A stretch of 64,000 nt of DNA, taken from Armatimonadota bacterium (GTDB lineage: Bacteria; Armatimonadota; SYMT01). Below, piece by piece: positions 51,288-61,607 of the stretch (within the stretch, counting starts at the first letter, position 1; each line of letters begins with the position of its first letter). The DNA lies in assembly GCA_046292385.1 (NCBI GenBank), contig JBKBRF010000010.1:1-64000 (forward strand), written 5' to 3'. A program made the position numbers and the translations under genes. Under the pieces are notes generated by a model. It was not told the origin of the DNA and made no database searches. It saw only the letters and a list, made by a program, of their open reading frames with translations.

Positions 51288-52951
51288 GCCTTCTTCCCCG
51301 CCTCCTGATTCCCATCCTGCTGCTCGCCGGCGGCTGCGAGGTAGTGCGGCCCCGCGCCGCTCCCGCGCCGGCGCCGCGCGAAGGCCTGTTCCAGGAGGTC
51401 TCCGCCGCCGCCGGCGTACGGTTCCAGCACACCGAGAAGCCAGCTGGCCCCGATCCGGCAGACATCCTCCAGACCACCGGGGCGGGCTGCGCCGTCTGGG
51501 ATTACGACGGCGACGGGTGGATGGATCTTTACCTGATCGACGGCGTGCACGCCGCCGGGGGTGGAAACCGCCTCTATCGCAACCGCGGCGACGGCACCTT
51601 CGAGGATGTCACGCAGGCGGCGGGTGTCGCCGGCCAGGGATACGGGATGGGCTGCGCGGTGGGCGACTACGACGGCGACGGCGATCCCGATCTCTACCTC
51701 GCCAACCACGGGCGCAACCTCCTCTACCGGAACAACGGCGACGGGACCTTTACCGACGTGACCGACGCCGCGGGAGTCGCCGCGGGCGGCTGGAGCGCCG
51801 TCGCCGCCTTCCTGGACGTGGAGGGAGACGGCGATCTCGATCTTTACGTCGGCCGCTACGCGCACTTCGACGGGGAGAGCCAGCGGTTCTGCGAGACGGC
51901 CGGGGTGACGGGAAGCTGCAACCCGTCGCAGTATCCGCCGGAAGCAGACCTGCTCTACCTGAACGAGGGGAACGGCCGCTTCCGGGACGGAACCCGTGCC
52001 GCGGGCCTCTCCGAGAGCTCCGGCCGGGCGCTGGGAGTGCTGGTCGACGACTACGACGCGGACGGACGGGCCGACCTGTTTGTCGCCAACGACGGAACCG
52101 CCAACTTCCTCTACCACAACGAGGGTGGGGGGCGCTTCCGGGACGTCGCCATCCCGGCCGGCGTCGCCTACGGCTTCGGCGGCCGGGCGGAGGCGTCGAT
52201 GGGCTGCGACTGGGGCGACTTCGACGGGGACGGGCGACTGGACCTCCTGATCGGCAACTTCCAGGGCGAGACGAGCGCGCTCTACCGGAACCTGGGAGAG
52301 GGGCTCTTCCGCTACGCCACCGGGGCGGCCGGACTGGCGGAGGTAACGACCGACGTCCTCACCTTCGGGGCCGGCTTCTTCGACTACGACCGGGACGGCG
52401 ATCTCGACATCGCCCAGGCGAACGGTCACATCCATTCCACACTCGAAAGCATCGACCCGGACGCGCGGTTCCAGCAGCCGCGCCAGCTCTTCCGGAACGA
52501 GGGCGACGGCCGCTTCCGCGATGCGAGCACGGAAGCCGGCCCCGGCTTTACCGCGCCGACCGTAGGCCGCGGCCTCGCCTTCGGCGACCTCGACAACGAC
52601 GGCGACCCCGACCTCCTCGCCAACAACAACGGCCGGCCTGCCGCCCTGCTGCGCAACACGCTGGCGAGTGGGAATCACTGGCTCGGGGTGCAGGTGACCG
52701 GAGCTCCGAGCGGCGCGACCGAGCTGGGCGCCCGCGTCACCGTAGAAGCCGGCGGTCGCACGTGGACCCGGGCGGTGCGGACATCCTATAGCTACGCGTC
52801 AGCGAACGACCCGCGGGTTCTCTTCGGGCTCGGGCCGCACGGGGGCGAGGTCACGGTGCGAGTCGCCTGGCCGGACGGAAGCACGGCGGAGCGAACCGGG
52901 GTCCGGCCTGACCAGTACGTCACTATCAGTCCCTCCCCGCCGGCGGACTGA
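51284..52951 (+). CDS. CRTAC1-family FG-GAP / ASPIC-UnbV lipoprotein
   Basis: Repeated DYDGDG.DL motifs, NRLYRN.GDGTF.DVT, C-terminal LFGLG...WPDG. Confidence 0.92.
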   Translation: MSLLPRLLIPILLLAGGCEVVRPRAAPAPAPREGLFQEVSAAAGVRFQHTEKPAGPDPADILQTTGAGCAVWDYDGDGWMDLYLIDGVHAAGGGNRLYRNRGDGTFEDVTQAAGVAGQGYGMGCAVGDYDGDGDPDLYLANHGRNLLYRNNGDGTFTDVTDAAGVAAGGWSAVAAFLDVEGDGDLDLYVGRYAHFDGESQRFCETAGVTGSCNPSQYPPEADLLYLNEGNGRFRDGTRAAGLSESSGRALGVLVDDYDADGRADLFVANDGTANFLYHNEGGGRFRDVAIPAGVAYGFGGRAEASMGCDWGDFDGDGRLDLLIGNFQGETSALYRNLGEGLFRYATGAAGLAEVTTDVLTFGAGFFDYDRDGDLDIAQANGHIHSTLESIDPDARFQQPRQLFRNEGDGRFRDASTEAGPGFTAPTVGRGLAFGDLDNDGDPDLLANNNGRPAALLRNTLASGNHWLGVQVTGAPSGATELGARVTVEAGGRTWTRAVRTSYSYASANDPRVLFGLGPHGGEVTVRVAWPDGSTAERTGVRPDQYVTISPSPPAD

Positions 52952-53144
52952 TCGCCCCCTACTTCCCTCCCGCGGGCACGGAGACCGGGCATTCATCTTC
53001 CGGAAGCACCGAGTCCCACCTCGATGGCGCGGCGCAAGCTCCTCTCACCACCGACGCCACGCTCCCGAAAGGGTATTCCGGTCTCGCCCGCGTAGCTTTG
53101 GCGCGAAAGCCCTGCACGGGACCGGGGCTCACCGGAGATATGAG

Positions 53145-53711
53145 ATGGAAACCGAAGCCGACTACCTCGAGCCGCCACTGCGGAAGCTGCCGGTCGACCT
53201 GGAGACGCTCGCGGAGTTCGCGACCGAGGGGGAGGATTACCTGGACGACTCCTATGCGCGCGTGGGGTACTTCGACACCCACACCGGCGCGGTCCACATC
53301 GTCTATCGCCAGGCCCTCAGTTGTATCGAGGACGAGCTCGATCCGGACGAGCTGGACGAATGGGGTCAGGCGGATCTCCAGATTGCCGGAGAGATCCTGT
53401 CGGACAGGGACGGGCGGTACGAGGCGATCGATCGCTGGCATTCGTCCGAGGAGTTCCGCCTGATGGAGCAGTTCGCGGAGGAGACCACCGATCCACGCGC
53501 TCGCGCGGCCCTCCTGAGCGCACTCAGCGGACGCAAGCCGTTCCGTCGGTTCAAAGAGGCGGTCTGCGACTGGCCGGGACTCCGCGACACCTGGTTCCTC
53601 TTCCGGGACCATGCGCGCCGCCAGCGCGCCCGGCGCTGGCTGCAGCAGCTCGAGATCGACGCGGAAGACGCCTCACAGCGCAAGCTGGACCCGCTGCCGG
53701 AGCGGTGGTAG
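53145..53711 (+). CDS. UPF0158 family protein
   Basis: YFDTHTG...FRLMEQFA...GRKPFRRFKE...W. Confidence 0.85.
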   Translation: METEADYLEPPLRKLPVDLETLAEFATEGEDYLDDSYARVGYFDTHTGAVHIVYRQALSCIEDELDPDELDEWGQADLQIAGEILSDRDGRYEAIDRWHSSEEFRLMEQFAEETTDPRARAALLSALSGRKPFRRFKEAVCDWPGLRDTWFLFRDHARRQRARRWLQQLEIDAEDASQRKLDPLPERW

Positions 53712-53802
53712 GCCCGGGCTGCGGGCTCCGAAACCACGAGGCCGCTCCACCGATGGGACGGAGAGCGGCCTCGCTGCGAGTTGGGAGCGGTGGGACTGGT
53801 GC

Positions 53803-54708
53803 CTACTCGGCTTCGCAAACCACGCGGAAGCCCGCAAAGGGGGCGTCCGCCAGCCACCAGCGGCTCTTGGGGAACTGCGGATCGGTCTCCTGCCAGCGCG
53901 GCTCCCAGCGACGGCGCATGTCCGGAGACAGGCCGGCCAGCCCGTCGCGGAAGGTGCCGCCGCAGAGCACCGCCTTGCCTTCCAGGTCGGTCGCCCACTC
54001 GCCGGGGTTGCCGACCATGTCATGCAGGCCGAGCTTGTTCGCCGCCTTCTTGCCGACCGGATGCGTTACCTTGCCGCTGTTGCCGCCCCACCAGGCGATC
54101 TTGTCGGCCGTGGCGCGGTCCGGCTTCCAGGTTTCGCTCTCGCCGGCGCGGCAGGCGAGCTCCCACTCCGCCTCCGTGGGGAGGCGGTACTTCTTGCCGG
54201 TCGCCTCGGAGAGCCAGCGGCAGTACATCGTGACGCTCAGGAAGCTGACGTTGATGACCGGATAGCTGTTGTGTCCCCAGCCGAGGTCCGGCAGGATGTA
54301 GCTCTTACTCGGCCGGGCGATCGCGTCGGCCGGGAATTCGGTCTGGTCGTACGCGGGAGAGGCGGGGCCGCTCGCGATGAAGACGTCGTAGGCTTCCCAC
54401 GGGGTCTCCGTCTTCGCCATGTAGAACGGCTTTACCGTGACGCTCTTGTCGCCCACCTTGACCGTCCCACCCGGCACGGCGACCATCGGAAGCTTGACCG
54501 TCGACTCGGGAAGCGCCTGCACGAACGACTTCAGCTTCCCCGCAGGCGCCTGCGCGGCGGACGTTTGCGCCGGAGCGGTTAGAATGACTCCTGTGATGAG
54601 CACCCCCACCGAGAGCAGGGCCCCCGCGACCGGACGACCGGCCTGGAGCCGGCTGCGCTTCCACTTCTCGTTCCCCCTCGGGGTCTGCCTGCTGGCGTTC
54701 AGCCTCAT
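53803..54708 (-). CDS. FGE-sulfatase (SUMF1) domain protein; start uncertain
   Basis: RLPTEAEWELACR, GLHDMVGNPGEW, GFRVV. Confidence 0.9.
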   Translation of the reverse strand: MRLNASRQTPRGNEKWKRSRLQAGRPVAGALLSVGVLITGVILTAPAQTSAAQAPAGKLKSFVQALPESTVKLPMVAVPGGTVKVGDKSVTVKPFYMAKTETPWEAYDVFIASGPASPAYDQTEFPADAIARPSKSYILPDLGWGHNSYPVINVSFLSVTMYCRWLSEATGKKYRLPTEAEWELACRAGESETWKPDRATADKIAWWGGNSGKVTHPVGKKAANKLGLHDMVGNPGEWATDLEGKAVLCGGTFRDGLAGLSPDMRRRWEPRWQETDPQFPKSRWWLADAPFAGFRVVCEAE

Positions 54709-55633
54709 GGTTACCTCGTCTGCGGCCGCGCCGCCTTCCGGCGGGCTCTCCCGCTTCACCTATACGCAATATCACATGGGCGTGGACGCCCGTCTGGTTG
54801 TCTACGCCCCGGATCAGGCGACCGCGGAGCGGGTCTGCGCCGCCGCCTTCGCGCGGATCGCCGAGCTCGATACTATCATGAGCGACTATCGCCGGAATAG
54901 CGAGCTCAACCGTCTCTCAGCACGCGCGGGCGGCCCGCCCATCCGCGTCTCGCCGCACCTCTTCCGCGTGCTTCAGCGCGCCCAACTGGTGGCGCGTCAA
55001 TCGGGCGGCGCCTTCGACGTAACTATTGGACCGCTAATCGGCCTGTGGCGCAAGGCGCGCAAGTCCGGAACGCTCCCGGCTCCCGACGAGATCGCCCGCG
55101 CTCGCCGCCTCGTCGGCTGGCAGAAGCTCCACCTGGACGAGCGCGCGCGCACCGCTCGCCTGGAGCTCCCGGGCATGCAGCTCGACCTGGGCGGCATCGC
55201 CAAGGGGTACGCCGCCGACGTGGCCCAGCGCACCTTCAAGGAGCGCGGCATCCTCCACGCGCTGGTGGAGATGGGAGGCGACATCGTGGTGAGCGGCGCG
55301 CCTCCCGGCACCGAGGGGTGGACCATCCGCGTCCCGAATGCCGGCACCGACCGCGGCCCCGCGGAGCTGCATCTCACCCACCGCGCCATCTCGACTTCCG
55401 GCGATACGGAGCAGTTCGCGATCATCGGCGGGCGCCGCTACTCGCACATCGTCGACCCGCGCACCGGCATGGCGCAAACCAACCGGGTCCAGGTCTCCGT
55501 GATCGCCCCGAACGGCCTCACCTCCGACCCGCTCTCCACGGCCCTCACCATCCTGGGCGAAGAGGACAGCAGCCGGCTGCGGGAGAGCTACCCGAAAACC
55601 ACCACCTACGTCCGGGTCCTGCCTCTGGACTAA
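54596..55633 (+). CDS. apbE: FAD:protein FMN transferase; start uncertain (54596 or 54707)
   Basis: HMG, GAFDVTIGPL, DLGGIAKGY, STSGD, YSHIVDPRTG. Confidence 0.92.
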   Translation: MSTPTESRAPATGRPAWSRLRFHFSFPLGVCLLAFSLMVTSSAAAPPSGGLSRFTYTQYHMGVDARLVVYAPDQATAERVCAAAFARIAELDTIMSDYRRNSELNRLSARAGGPPIRVSPHLFRVLQRAQLVARQSGGAFDVTIGPLIGLWRKARKSGTLPAPDEIARARRLVGWQKLHLDERARTARLELPGMQLDLGGIAKGYAADVAQRTFKERGILHALVEMGGDIVVSGAPPGTEGWTIRVPNAGTDRGPAELHLTHRAISTSGDTEQFAIIGGRRYSHIVDPRTGMAQTNRVQVSVIAPNGLTSDPLSTALTILGEEDSSRLRESYPKTTTYVRVLPLD

Positions 55634-55669
55634 CGGAGCCGCTGGAAGCGGGAGAGCTGCGCCGGTTTT

Positions 55670-55756
55670 CAGGTTATCAAGTTGCAGGTTGCAAGTTTCC
55701 GAGCCGGAAGCCCGGCGCTTAGCTTGTCAACCTGCTAACCTGCCAACCTGCAACTT
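55670..55756. repeat. Imperfect 7-8-bp repeats in inverted arrangement between convergent genes
   Basis: CAGGTTATCAAGTTGCAGGTTGCAAGTT ... AACCTGCTAACCTGCCAACCTGCAACTT. Confidence 0.6.
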
Positions 55757-55780
55757 CAGGCAGCTCTCCCACTCAGTTCC

Positions 55781-57166
55781 CTAGTATTCCCGCTTGACCG
55801 TGACGCCCGGCTGCGGCTTCGGATAGTGGCCGTTGGCATCCGACGGCAGCGGCGCGGGGGAGTTGCGGGTCAGCTTGTCGAGGCCCGGAGCGAACTCGTG
55901 CTCGTGGTTGAGCATCTCGTCGAAGGTGACCTCCTGGCCCGTGTGCGCCGCCATGCGGCCCATGCTGGTCGCCACGCTCGCCTCCACGCCGCGCTTCACC
56001 TCGTTGTAAGGCTTATCGTTGCGGATGGCGCTCATCAGCGCGTCCCACTCGTTCTGGTACGGGTTGCTGTTGTCCTTCGACTCCCAGACCAGGTTGGCGG
56101 GGTTGATGTTGTGGCCCTTGTAGATCGCCGAGGGCGCGCCGCAGTCGTTGGCGCGGGAGGCGATCGCGATCCCCTTGCTGCCGTGGAGGTAGCTGGAGTA
56201 GATCCCCTGCGCGCCGTGCACGCAGCGGCCGTCGAAGTAGAACTTCGTGCCGTCCCCGAAGGTGTACTCCACGGAGTAGGTGTCGAAGTTCTGGTCCACG
56301 AACGGCACGCCGTCCTTGGTCGCCTTGAAGTGCCGCCCGCCCAGCCCCTTCGCGCGGACCGGCCAGGAGTTCTTCATCCACGCGAGATGGTCGATGATGT
56401 GGATGTAGAAGTCGCTGTAGTTGCCGCCGCTCGCCCACAGGAAGCTGTGGAAGCGCCGGATCTGGTAGTCCAGGTCGCTCATGTTCGCCGGCTTGGGGGT
56501 CGACTCGAAGAAGCCGGCCGGCGCGTGCATGCGGTAGCCGCGCATCAGGATGATGTCGCCGAGCTCGCCGTTCTGAACCCGCTGGTGCAGCTCCTGGAGC
56601 GGGCGGGCGTGGCGGGACATGAGGCCGACGCCGCATTTCAGCTTCTTGGCCGACGCCTGCTCCGCCAGCTGGATCATCCGCTTGCTGGTGGGGCCGTCCA
56701 CCGTGACCGGCTTCTCCATGAAGACGTTGAGCCCCTTGGAGATGGCGTACTGGAAGTGGACCCACCGGAACGCCGGCGGGGTGGTGAGGATCACCACGTC
56801 TCCCGGCTTCAGGCTGTCCATCGCTTCCTTGTAGGCGTCGAAGCCGATGAAGCGGCGGTCCTGCGGCACGTCGACCTGCTTCTCCGCCGCCTGGCTCAGG
56901 CCCGCGTAGCTGGCGTTCAGGCGGTCCTGGTAGGCATCCGCCATCGCCGTCAGCTTGACCGGCCCCTGCTTGCTCGTGGCAAGGGCGTTCATGGCGGCGC
57001 CGCTGCCGCGGCCGCCGCAGCCCACGAGGGCTACCTGGACTTCTTCGCTGCCCTGCGCGTGGACGGCAGGGATCGCCACTCCGGCGAGGGCGCCGGCGGC
57101 GGCCACGCCCCCGGCGGTCTTCAGGAGGTCGCGCCGCGAAGGCAATGCGTTCTCATTCTGGTTCAT
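55781..57166 (-). CDS. Tat-exported Gfo/Idh/MocA oxidoreductase
   Basis: SRRDLLK, VGCGGRG, FMEKP. Confidence 0.92.
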   Translation of the reverse strand: MNQNENALPSRRDLLKTAGGVAAAGALAGVAIPAVHAQGSEEVQVALVGCGGRGSGAAMNALATSKQGPVKLTAMADAYQDRLNASYAGLSQAAEKQVDVPQDRRFIGFDAYKEAMDSLKPGDVVILTTPPAFRWVHFQYAISKGLNVFMEKPVTVDGPTSKRMIQLAEQASAKKLKCGVGLMSRHARPLQELHQRVQNGELGDIILMRGYRMHAPAGFFESTPKPANMSDLDYQIRRFHSFLWASGGNYSDFYIHIIDHLAWMKNSWPVRAKGLGGRHFKATKDGVPFVDQNFDTYSVEYTFGDGTKFYFDGRCVHGAQGIYSSYLHGSKGIAIASRANDCGAPSAIYKGHNINPANLVWESKDNSNPYQNEWDALMSAIRNDKPYNEVKRGVEASVATSMGRMAAHTGQEVTFDEMLNHEHEFAPGLDKLTRNSPAPLPSDANGHYPKPQPGVTVKREY

Positions 57167-57689
57167 CGGTGATCTATTCCTCGAGTGCCGAAGCCGCGGA
57201 CGACTTCGCGATTGGCAGGGATCAAGAGGCCATTGCCAACAGGTTCATTCGACGGAGGCCGAACGTCCTCCGTCCACGTCACCCCGCCGGGGAGCGCAGG
57301 GAGGGTGGGCTCCTTCGCTACAACGCTGCTATTTCGCCGCCAGCGAACGAGCTTCCTGTCTCACACGCCGCGCCCGGCCCGGGCGGACCGGCGCGCCACT
57401 GCTCTGACAACCAGAATACGAGTTCCGTTCCTAGCGCGAATGCAGTGATTTCGCGGCTTTTGACGCTCGCACCGTCCGGCTGGCGCCGGCTCCCTCGACC
57501 CTCGACGGAACGTTCAGGTTTGGCAGCCTCCCCCGGGTGAGCATCACCCTTCTAAGGAGACGTCCAGCCGGTTCCGATCAACACCCGGAACCGCCGCTGG
57601 TTTTCACAGTCCTGCGCCGCGCCAGCGATCCGCCTCGCCAGCGCTCATCGGGCGGTGGGGCCGTGATCATCCCATCTGGTCCCCCACCC

Positions 57690-59189
57690 ATGAGCAGCTA
57701 TCAGAATCGGTCTCTCGAGGCACCCGCCGCCACCGGCATTCCGGGTCTGGATCAGATCCTGCGCGGCGGTTTTCCGCGAAACCACCTCTACCTGGTGGAC
57801 GGTCACCCGGGGACGGGCAAGACCACCCTCGGGCTTCGTTTTCTCCTGGAAGGAGTGCAGCAGGGGGAGGCGTGTCTCTACATCACGCTCTCCGAAACCC
57901 GGCGAGAGCTGCAGGGCGTGGCAGCTTCACACGGTATCTCGCTCGACGGTCTGGAGGTCTTTGAGCTGGTGGCCTCGGAGGAGACGCTGCAGGGAGACCG
58001 CCAGTACACCATGTTCCACGCCGCGGAAGTGGAGCTGAGCGAAACGACCCGCGAGGTGCTGGCGGAAGTCGAGCGCGTAAAGCCGGCGCGGATCGTCTTC
58101 GACTCGCTCTCGGAGATGCGTCTGCTGGCGCAGAACTCGCTCCGCTACCGAAAGCAGATCCTGGCGCTGAAACAGTTCTTCGCCGGCCGGGACATCACCG
58201 TGCTGTTCCTCGATGACCGCACCGCGGACATGACCGACCGTCAGGTCGAGAGCATCGCGCACGGGGTGTTGACCCTGGAGCAGATCCCGCTGGCTTACGG
58301 CTCCGATCGACGCCGCCTGCGTATCCGCAAGCTGCGAGGGGTCGACTTCCATGGAGGTTACCACGACTTCATCATCGAGCGAGGCGGGCTCGCCGTCTTC
58401 CCTCGCCTGGTAGCGGCGGAGCATTCGCAGGAGTACACCCGAGAGCTCGTGAAGAGCGGCATCCCGGAGTTGGATCAGCTCCTGGGCGGTGGGCTCAACC
58501 GGGGGTCGAGCGCGCTGCTGCTCGGACCGTCCGGCGTGGGGAAATCGAGCATCGCGACACAGTACGCCTCGGCCGCCGCCGACCGGGGAGAGCACGCGGT
58601 CGTCTTCTCGTTCGAAGAAATGATCGAGAGCTTTTGCGATCGCTCCAAAGCGTTCGGGATGAATCTGGAGAGACATCTCGAGAGCGGGCAGCTCGAGGTC
58701 CGGCAGATCGACCCCGCGGAGCTCTGCCCCGGCGAGCTGGTCCACGCCATCCGGGAGGCGGTGGAGACCCGCGGCGCTACCGTGGTGGTCCTCGACAGCC
58801 TGAACGGCTACCTCACCTCGATGCCGGAAGAGCAGTTCCTGCTGGCGCAGCTCCACGAGCTGCTGACCTATCTCGCCAGACAGGGGGTGCTGACGATCCT
58901 GGTGGTGGCGCAGCACGGCCTCGTCGGCACCATGCACTCCCCCGTCGACACGAGCTATCTGGCCGACTCGGTGATCCTCCTTCGGTTCTTCGAAGCAGAG
59001 GCGGCGGTTCATCAGGCGATCTCCGTCATGAAGAAGCGGCGCGGCCGGCACGAGCGGACGATTCGCGAGCTCACTTTCGAGAACGGCATTCACGTCGGCC
59101 CCCCGCTGCTGAACTTCCACGGGGTTCTAACCGGCATCCCCCAGGTACTGGCGCGGCGCAAGCCCACCCCCGAGTTGGACGAGCTGTGA
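57690..59189 (+). CDS. KaiC-like double RecA-domain ATPase
   Basis: TGIPGLD..L.GG, GHPGTGKT, second domain GPSGVGKS, SFEE, SYLAD. Confidence 0.9.
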   Translation: MSSYQNRSLEAPAATGIPGLDQILRGGFPRNHLYLVDGHPGTGKTTLGLRFLLEGVQQGEACLYITLSETRRELQGVAASHGISLDGLEVFELVASEETLQGDRQYTMFHAAEVELSETTREVLAEVERVKPARIVFDSLSEMRLLAQNSLRYRKQILALKQFFAGRDITVLFLDDRTADMTDRQVESIAHGVLTLEQIPLAYGSDRRRLRIRKLRGVDFHGGYHDFIIERGGLAVFPRLVAAEHSQEYTRELVKSGIPELDQLLGGGLNRGSSALLLGPSGVGKSSIATQYASAAADRGEHAVVFSFEEMIESFCDRSKAFGMNLERHLESGQLEVRQIDPAELCPGELVHAIREAVETRGATVVVLDSLNGYLTSMPEEQFLLAQLHELLTYLARQGVLTILVVAQHGLVGTMHSPVDTSYLADSVILLRFFEAEAAVHQAISVMKKRRGRHERTIRELTFENGIHVGPPLLNFHGVLTGIPQVLARRKPTPELDEL

Positions 59190-60787
59190 GCGGACTCAGC
59201 AGCGAAGACCGGGTGCTGGTGCTCACCCCCACCCGCCAGGACGGAGAGCTGACGCGGAGCATCCTCACGGGTGCCGGCCTCTCCTGCGAGCTGTTCGCTG
59301 ATCTGGGAGCGCTCTGCCGGACTGCACAGACCGAGGGCGCCGGAGCCGTCGTCCTCACCGAGGAAGCGATCTCTTCCCCGGAGATGACCTGCCTCACGGC
59401 CCTACTCGAGCGGCAGCCGGCCTGGTCTGAGCTGCCGCTCCTGGTACTTACCTACGGCGGAATGGACTCGCCGGGCGGAGAGTGGGCACTTGACATTCTC
59501 CCGGGAGCGGTGCTGATCGATCGCCCGGTGCGGATCGCCACGCTGGTCAGCGCCGTACGCTCCGCCATCGCCTCCCGGCGGCGGCAATACCAGATCCGCG
59601 ACCACCTGGACGAGCGGGCGAGACAGGCGGAAGCGCTCCAATGCGTTACCAGTGACCTCCGGGATGCCTCCCGGTCGAAAGACGACTTCCTGGCGATGCT
59701 CGCCCACGAGCTCCGGAACCCCCTGTCGCCTATCGCCGCCGCCGCACAGATCCTTGGCAGCCATTGCCCCACCGATCCCGTCATCGCCCGCCAGCGAGAG
59801 GTGATCGTCCGCCAGACCGGGCACCTCACCCGGCTGCTGGACGACTTGCTCGACGTCTCCCGGATCACCCGCGGCAAGGTGGAGCTCCAGCGCCAGTCCC
59901 TCGATCTGCGGACGGTAGTCAGCCAGGCGCTGGAAGCAGCGCAGCCGCTCATCCAGGCAGCGGGCCACGAGCTGTCGCTCCAGCTTCCACCTGAGCGCGT
60001 TCCCGTGGAAGGAGATGACGTGCGCCTCTGCCAGGTGGTGACCAATCTCTTGACTAACGCGGCCAAATACACGGAGCCGGGCGGGCGCATCGTGGTCCGG
60101 CTTATCTGCCACGAGGACCACGCTTTGCTCACCGTCCGCGACACCGGACGCGGCATTGAGCCGGACCTGCTGCCGCGGGTGTTCGACCTGTTTCGGCAGG
60201 GCGCGCGGGGCCTCGGGCGGGAACAGGGAGGGCTCGGAGTGGGCCTCACGCTGGTCCAGCGCCTGACGCGGATGCACGGCGGAACGGTGCAGGTCCGAAG
60301 CGAGGGGCCGGGCCGCGGCAGCGAGTTCGAAGTGTGGCTCCCCCTGGCCGCGGCTGCGACGCCACCCGAGGAGATGCCGGCACCGGCGCGCCGGCGGGGA
60401 GACCGTGCCAGTGTCCGACGGGTCTTGATCGTCGACGACAATCGAGACGCCGTTGAAACCGCCGCCGAGCTCGTGAGCCTCTGGAACTACGAAGTCCGGA
60501 CCGCCGGAAGCGGGTTCGAGGCGCTGGCGGCGGCCGCCGAGTTCCGGCCGGACGTGGTGCTGCTCGACATTGGCATGCCGGTGATGGACGGCTTTGAGGT
60601 GGCGAGGCGACTCCGGGAGCATCCCGCCACCAGCGCCTCGCGGCTCGTCGCGCTGACCGGCTACGGCCAGGAAGAGGACCGGCAGCGGACCGCCGCCGCC
60701 GGCTTCTCGGACCACCTCACCAAGCCGCTCGAGCCGGCGCTGTTAGAGCGGCTCCTCGCCGGCGGTAGGGACGACCTACCAGCCTGA
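59186..60787 (+). CDS. Hybrid sensor histidine kinase (pseudo-receiver, HisKA, HATPase, REC)
   Basis: LAHELRNPL, NLLTNAAKY, DTGRGI, GLGVGL, LLDIGMP; GTGA-coupled to the KaiC-like gene. Confidence 0.93.
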   Translation: MSGLSSEDRVLVLTPTRQDGELTRSILTGAGLSCELFADLGALCRTAQTEGAGAVVLTEEAISSPEMTCLTALLERQPAWSELPLLVLTYGGMDSPGGEWALDILPGAVLIDRPVRIATLVSAVRSAIASRRRQYQIRDHLDERARQAEALQCVTSDLRDASRSKDDFLAMLAHELRNPLSPIAAAAQILGSHCPTDPVIARQREVIVRQTGHLTRLLDDLLDVSRITRGKVELQRQSLDLRTVVSQALEAAQPLIQAAGHELSLQLPPERVPVEGDDVRLCQVVTNLLTNAAKYTEPGGRIVVRLICHEDHALLTVRDTGRGIEPDLLPRVFDLFRQGARGLGREQGGLGVGLTLVQRLTRMHGGTVQVRSEGPGRGSEFEVWLPLAAAATPPEEMPAPARRRGDRASVRRVLIVDDNRDAVETAAELVSLWNYEVRTAGSGFEALAAAAEFRPDVVLLDIGMPVMDGFEVARRLREHPATSASRLVALTGYGQEEDRQRTAAAGFSDHLTKPLEPALLERLLAGGRDDLPA

Positions 60788-61018
60788 GCGGGAGCCACTC
60801 GGCGCCTCGGCGGCCGCTCCACGAGCATGGGGAGCAGGGACCTGTCACGGCTCAGGCGCGCGCCGAGTCCCGAAAGCTCATCCTACACTCAAATCAGACA
60901 CTCCTACCCAGGCATTTGAGTTTTCCAGATGATTGTTGCCGGATACCCTGGAGATAAGGGTCCGGCAGCCTCTCACCCGCAAGCCCCGGCGAAGCCACCG
61001 GACCTGGGGAGAGTCGAC

Positions 61019-61603
61019 ATGCGTCCCCGTCGAAGGCTTCCGCAGCGGTCCGAAGCCGAAGTCCACCGGCTGGTGCTGGAGCACCGCTCCCTGGTGGAGT
61101 GGACCGTCAGCCGCTACCTGTGCCAGCACTCGCTGCTCGGCGCGGAGCGGGAGGATCTCGTCTCCTGGGGCCTGATCGGCCTGCTCGCCGCGGCGAGAGC
61201 GTTCGACCCCGGCCGGGCGCGGCAGTTTTCCACCCTGGCCGTCGTGTCGATCGAACGGCAGGTGATCCGCGGCGCAAGACGGGCACGCCGGGGACAGGCC
61301 TCGCTGGTGAGCTTCGACGCGCCGCCGTCCGCCGCCGGAACGGGCGGCCCCTCGTGGGAGAGCGTGCCGGACGAGCGGAGCGATCGCGAGCTCGCCCGGG
61401 TGGAGCGAAGCGCGCTGCTGCGGGAGGCGATGGACCAGCTCTCGCCGGATCAGCGCGCGCTGATCCAGTCGCACTTCTTCCAGGGCCGGTCGCTGACCGA
61501 CCTCGCGTGCGAGGCCGGGCTCCCTTACTACACGCTCGCAAACCGCCTCCGGGCGGCGCTCCGCGTGCTCCGCGCCAACCTGGAGGACGCCTGGGCTCCC
61601 TAA
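61019..61603 (+). CDS. Sigma-70 family sigma factor (regions 2 and 4)
   Basis: EDLVSWGLIGLLAAARAFDP...FSTLA; region 4 LSPDQRALI. Confidence 0.85.
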   Translation: MRPRRRLPQRSEAEVHRLVLEHRSLVEWTVSRYLCQHSLLGAEREDLVSWGLIGLLAAARAFDPGRARQFSTLAVVSIERQVIRGARRARRGQASLVSFDAPPSAAGTGGPSWESVPDERSDRELARVERSALLREAMDQLSPDQRALIQSHFFQGRSLTDLACEAGLPYYTLANRLRAALRVLRANLEDAWAP

Positions 61604-61607
61604 AAGA

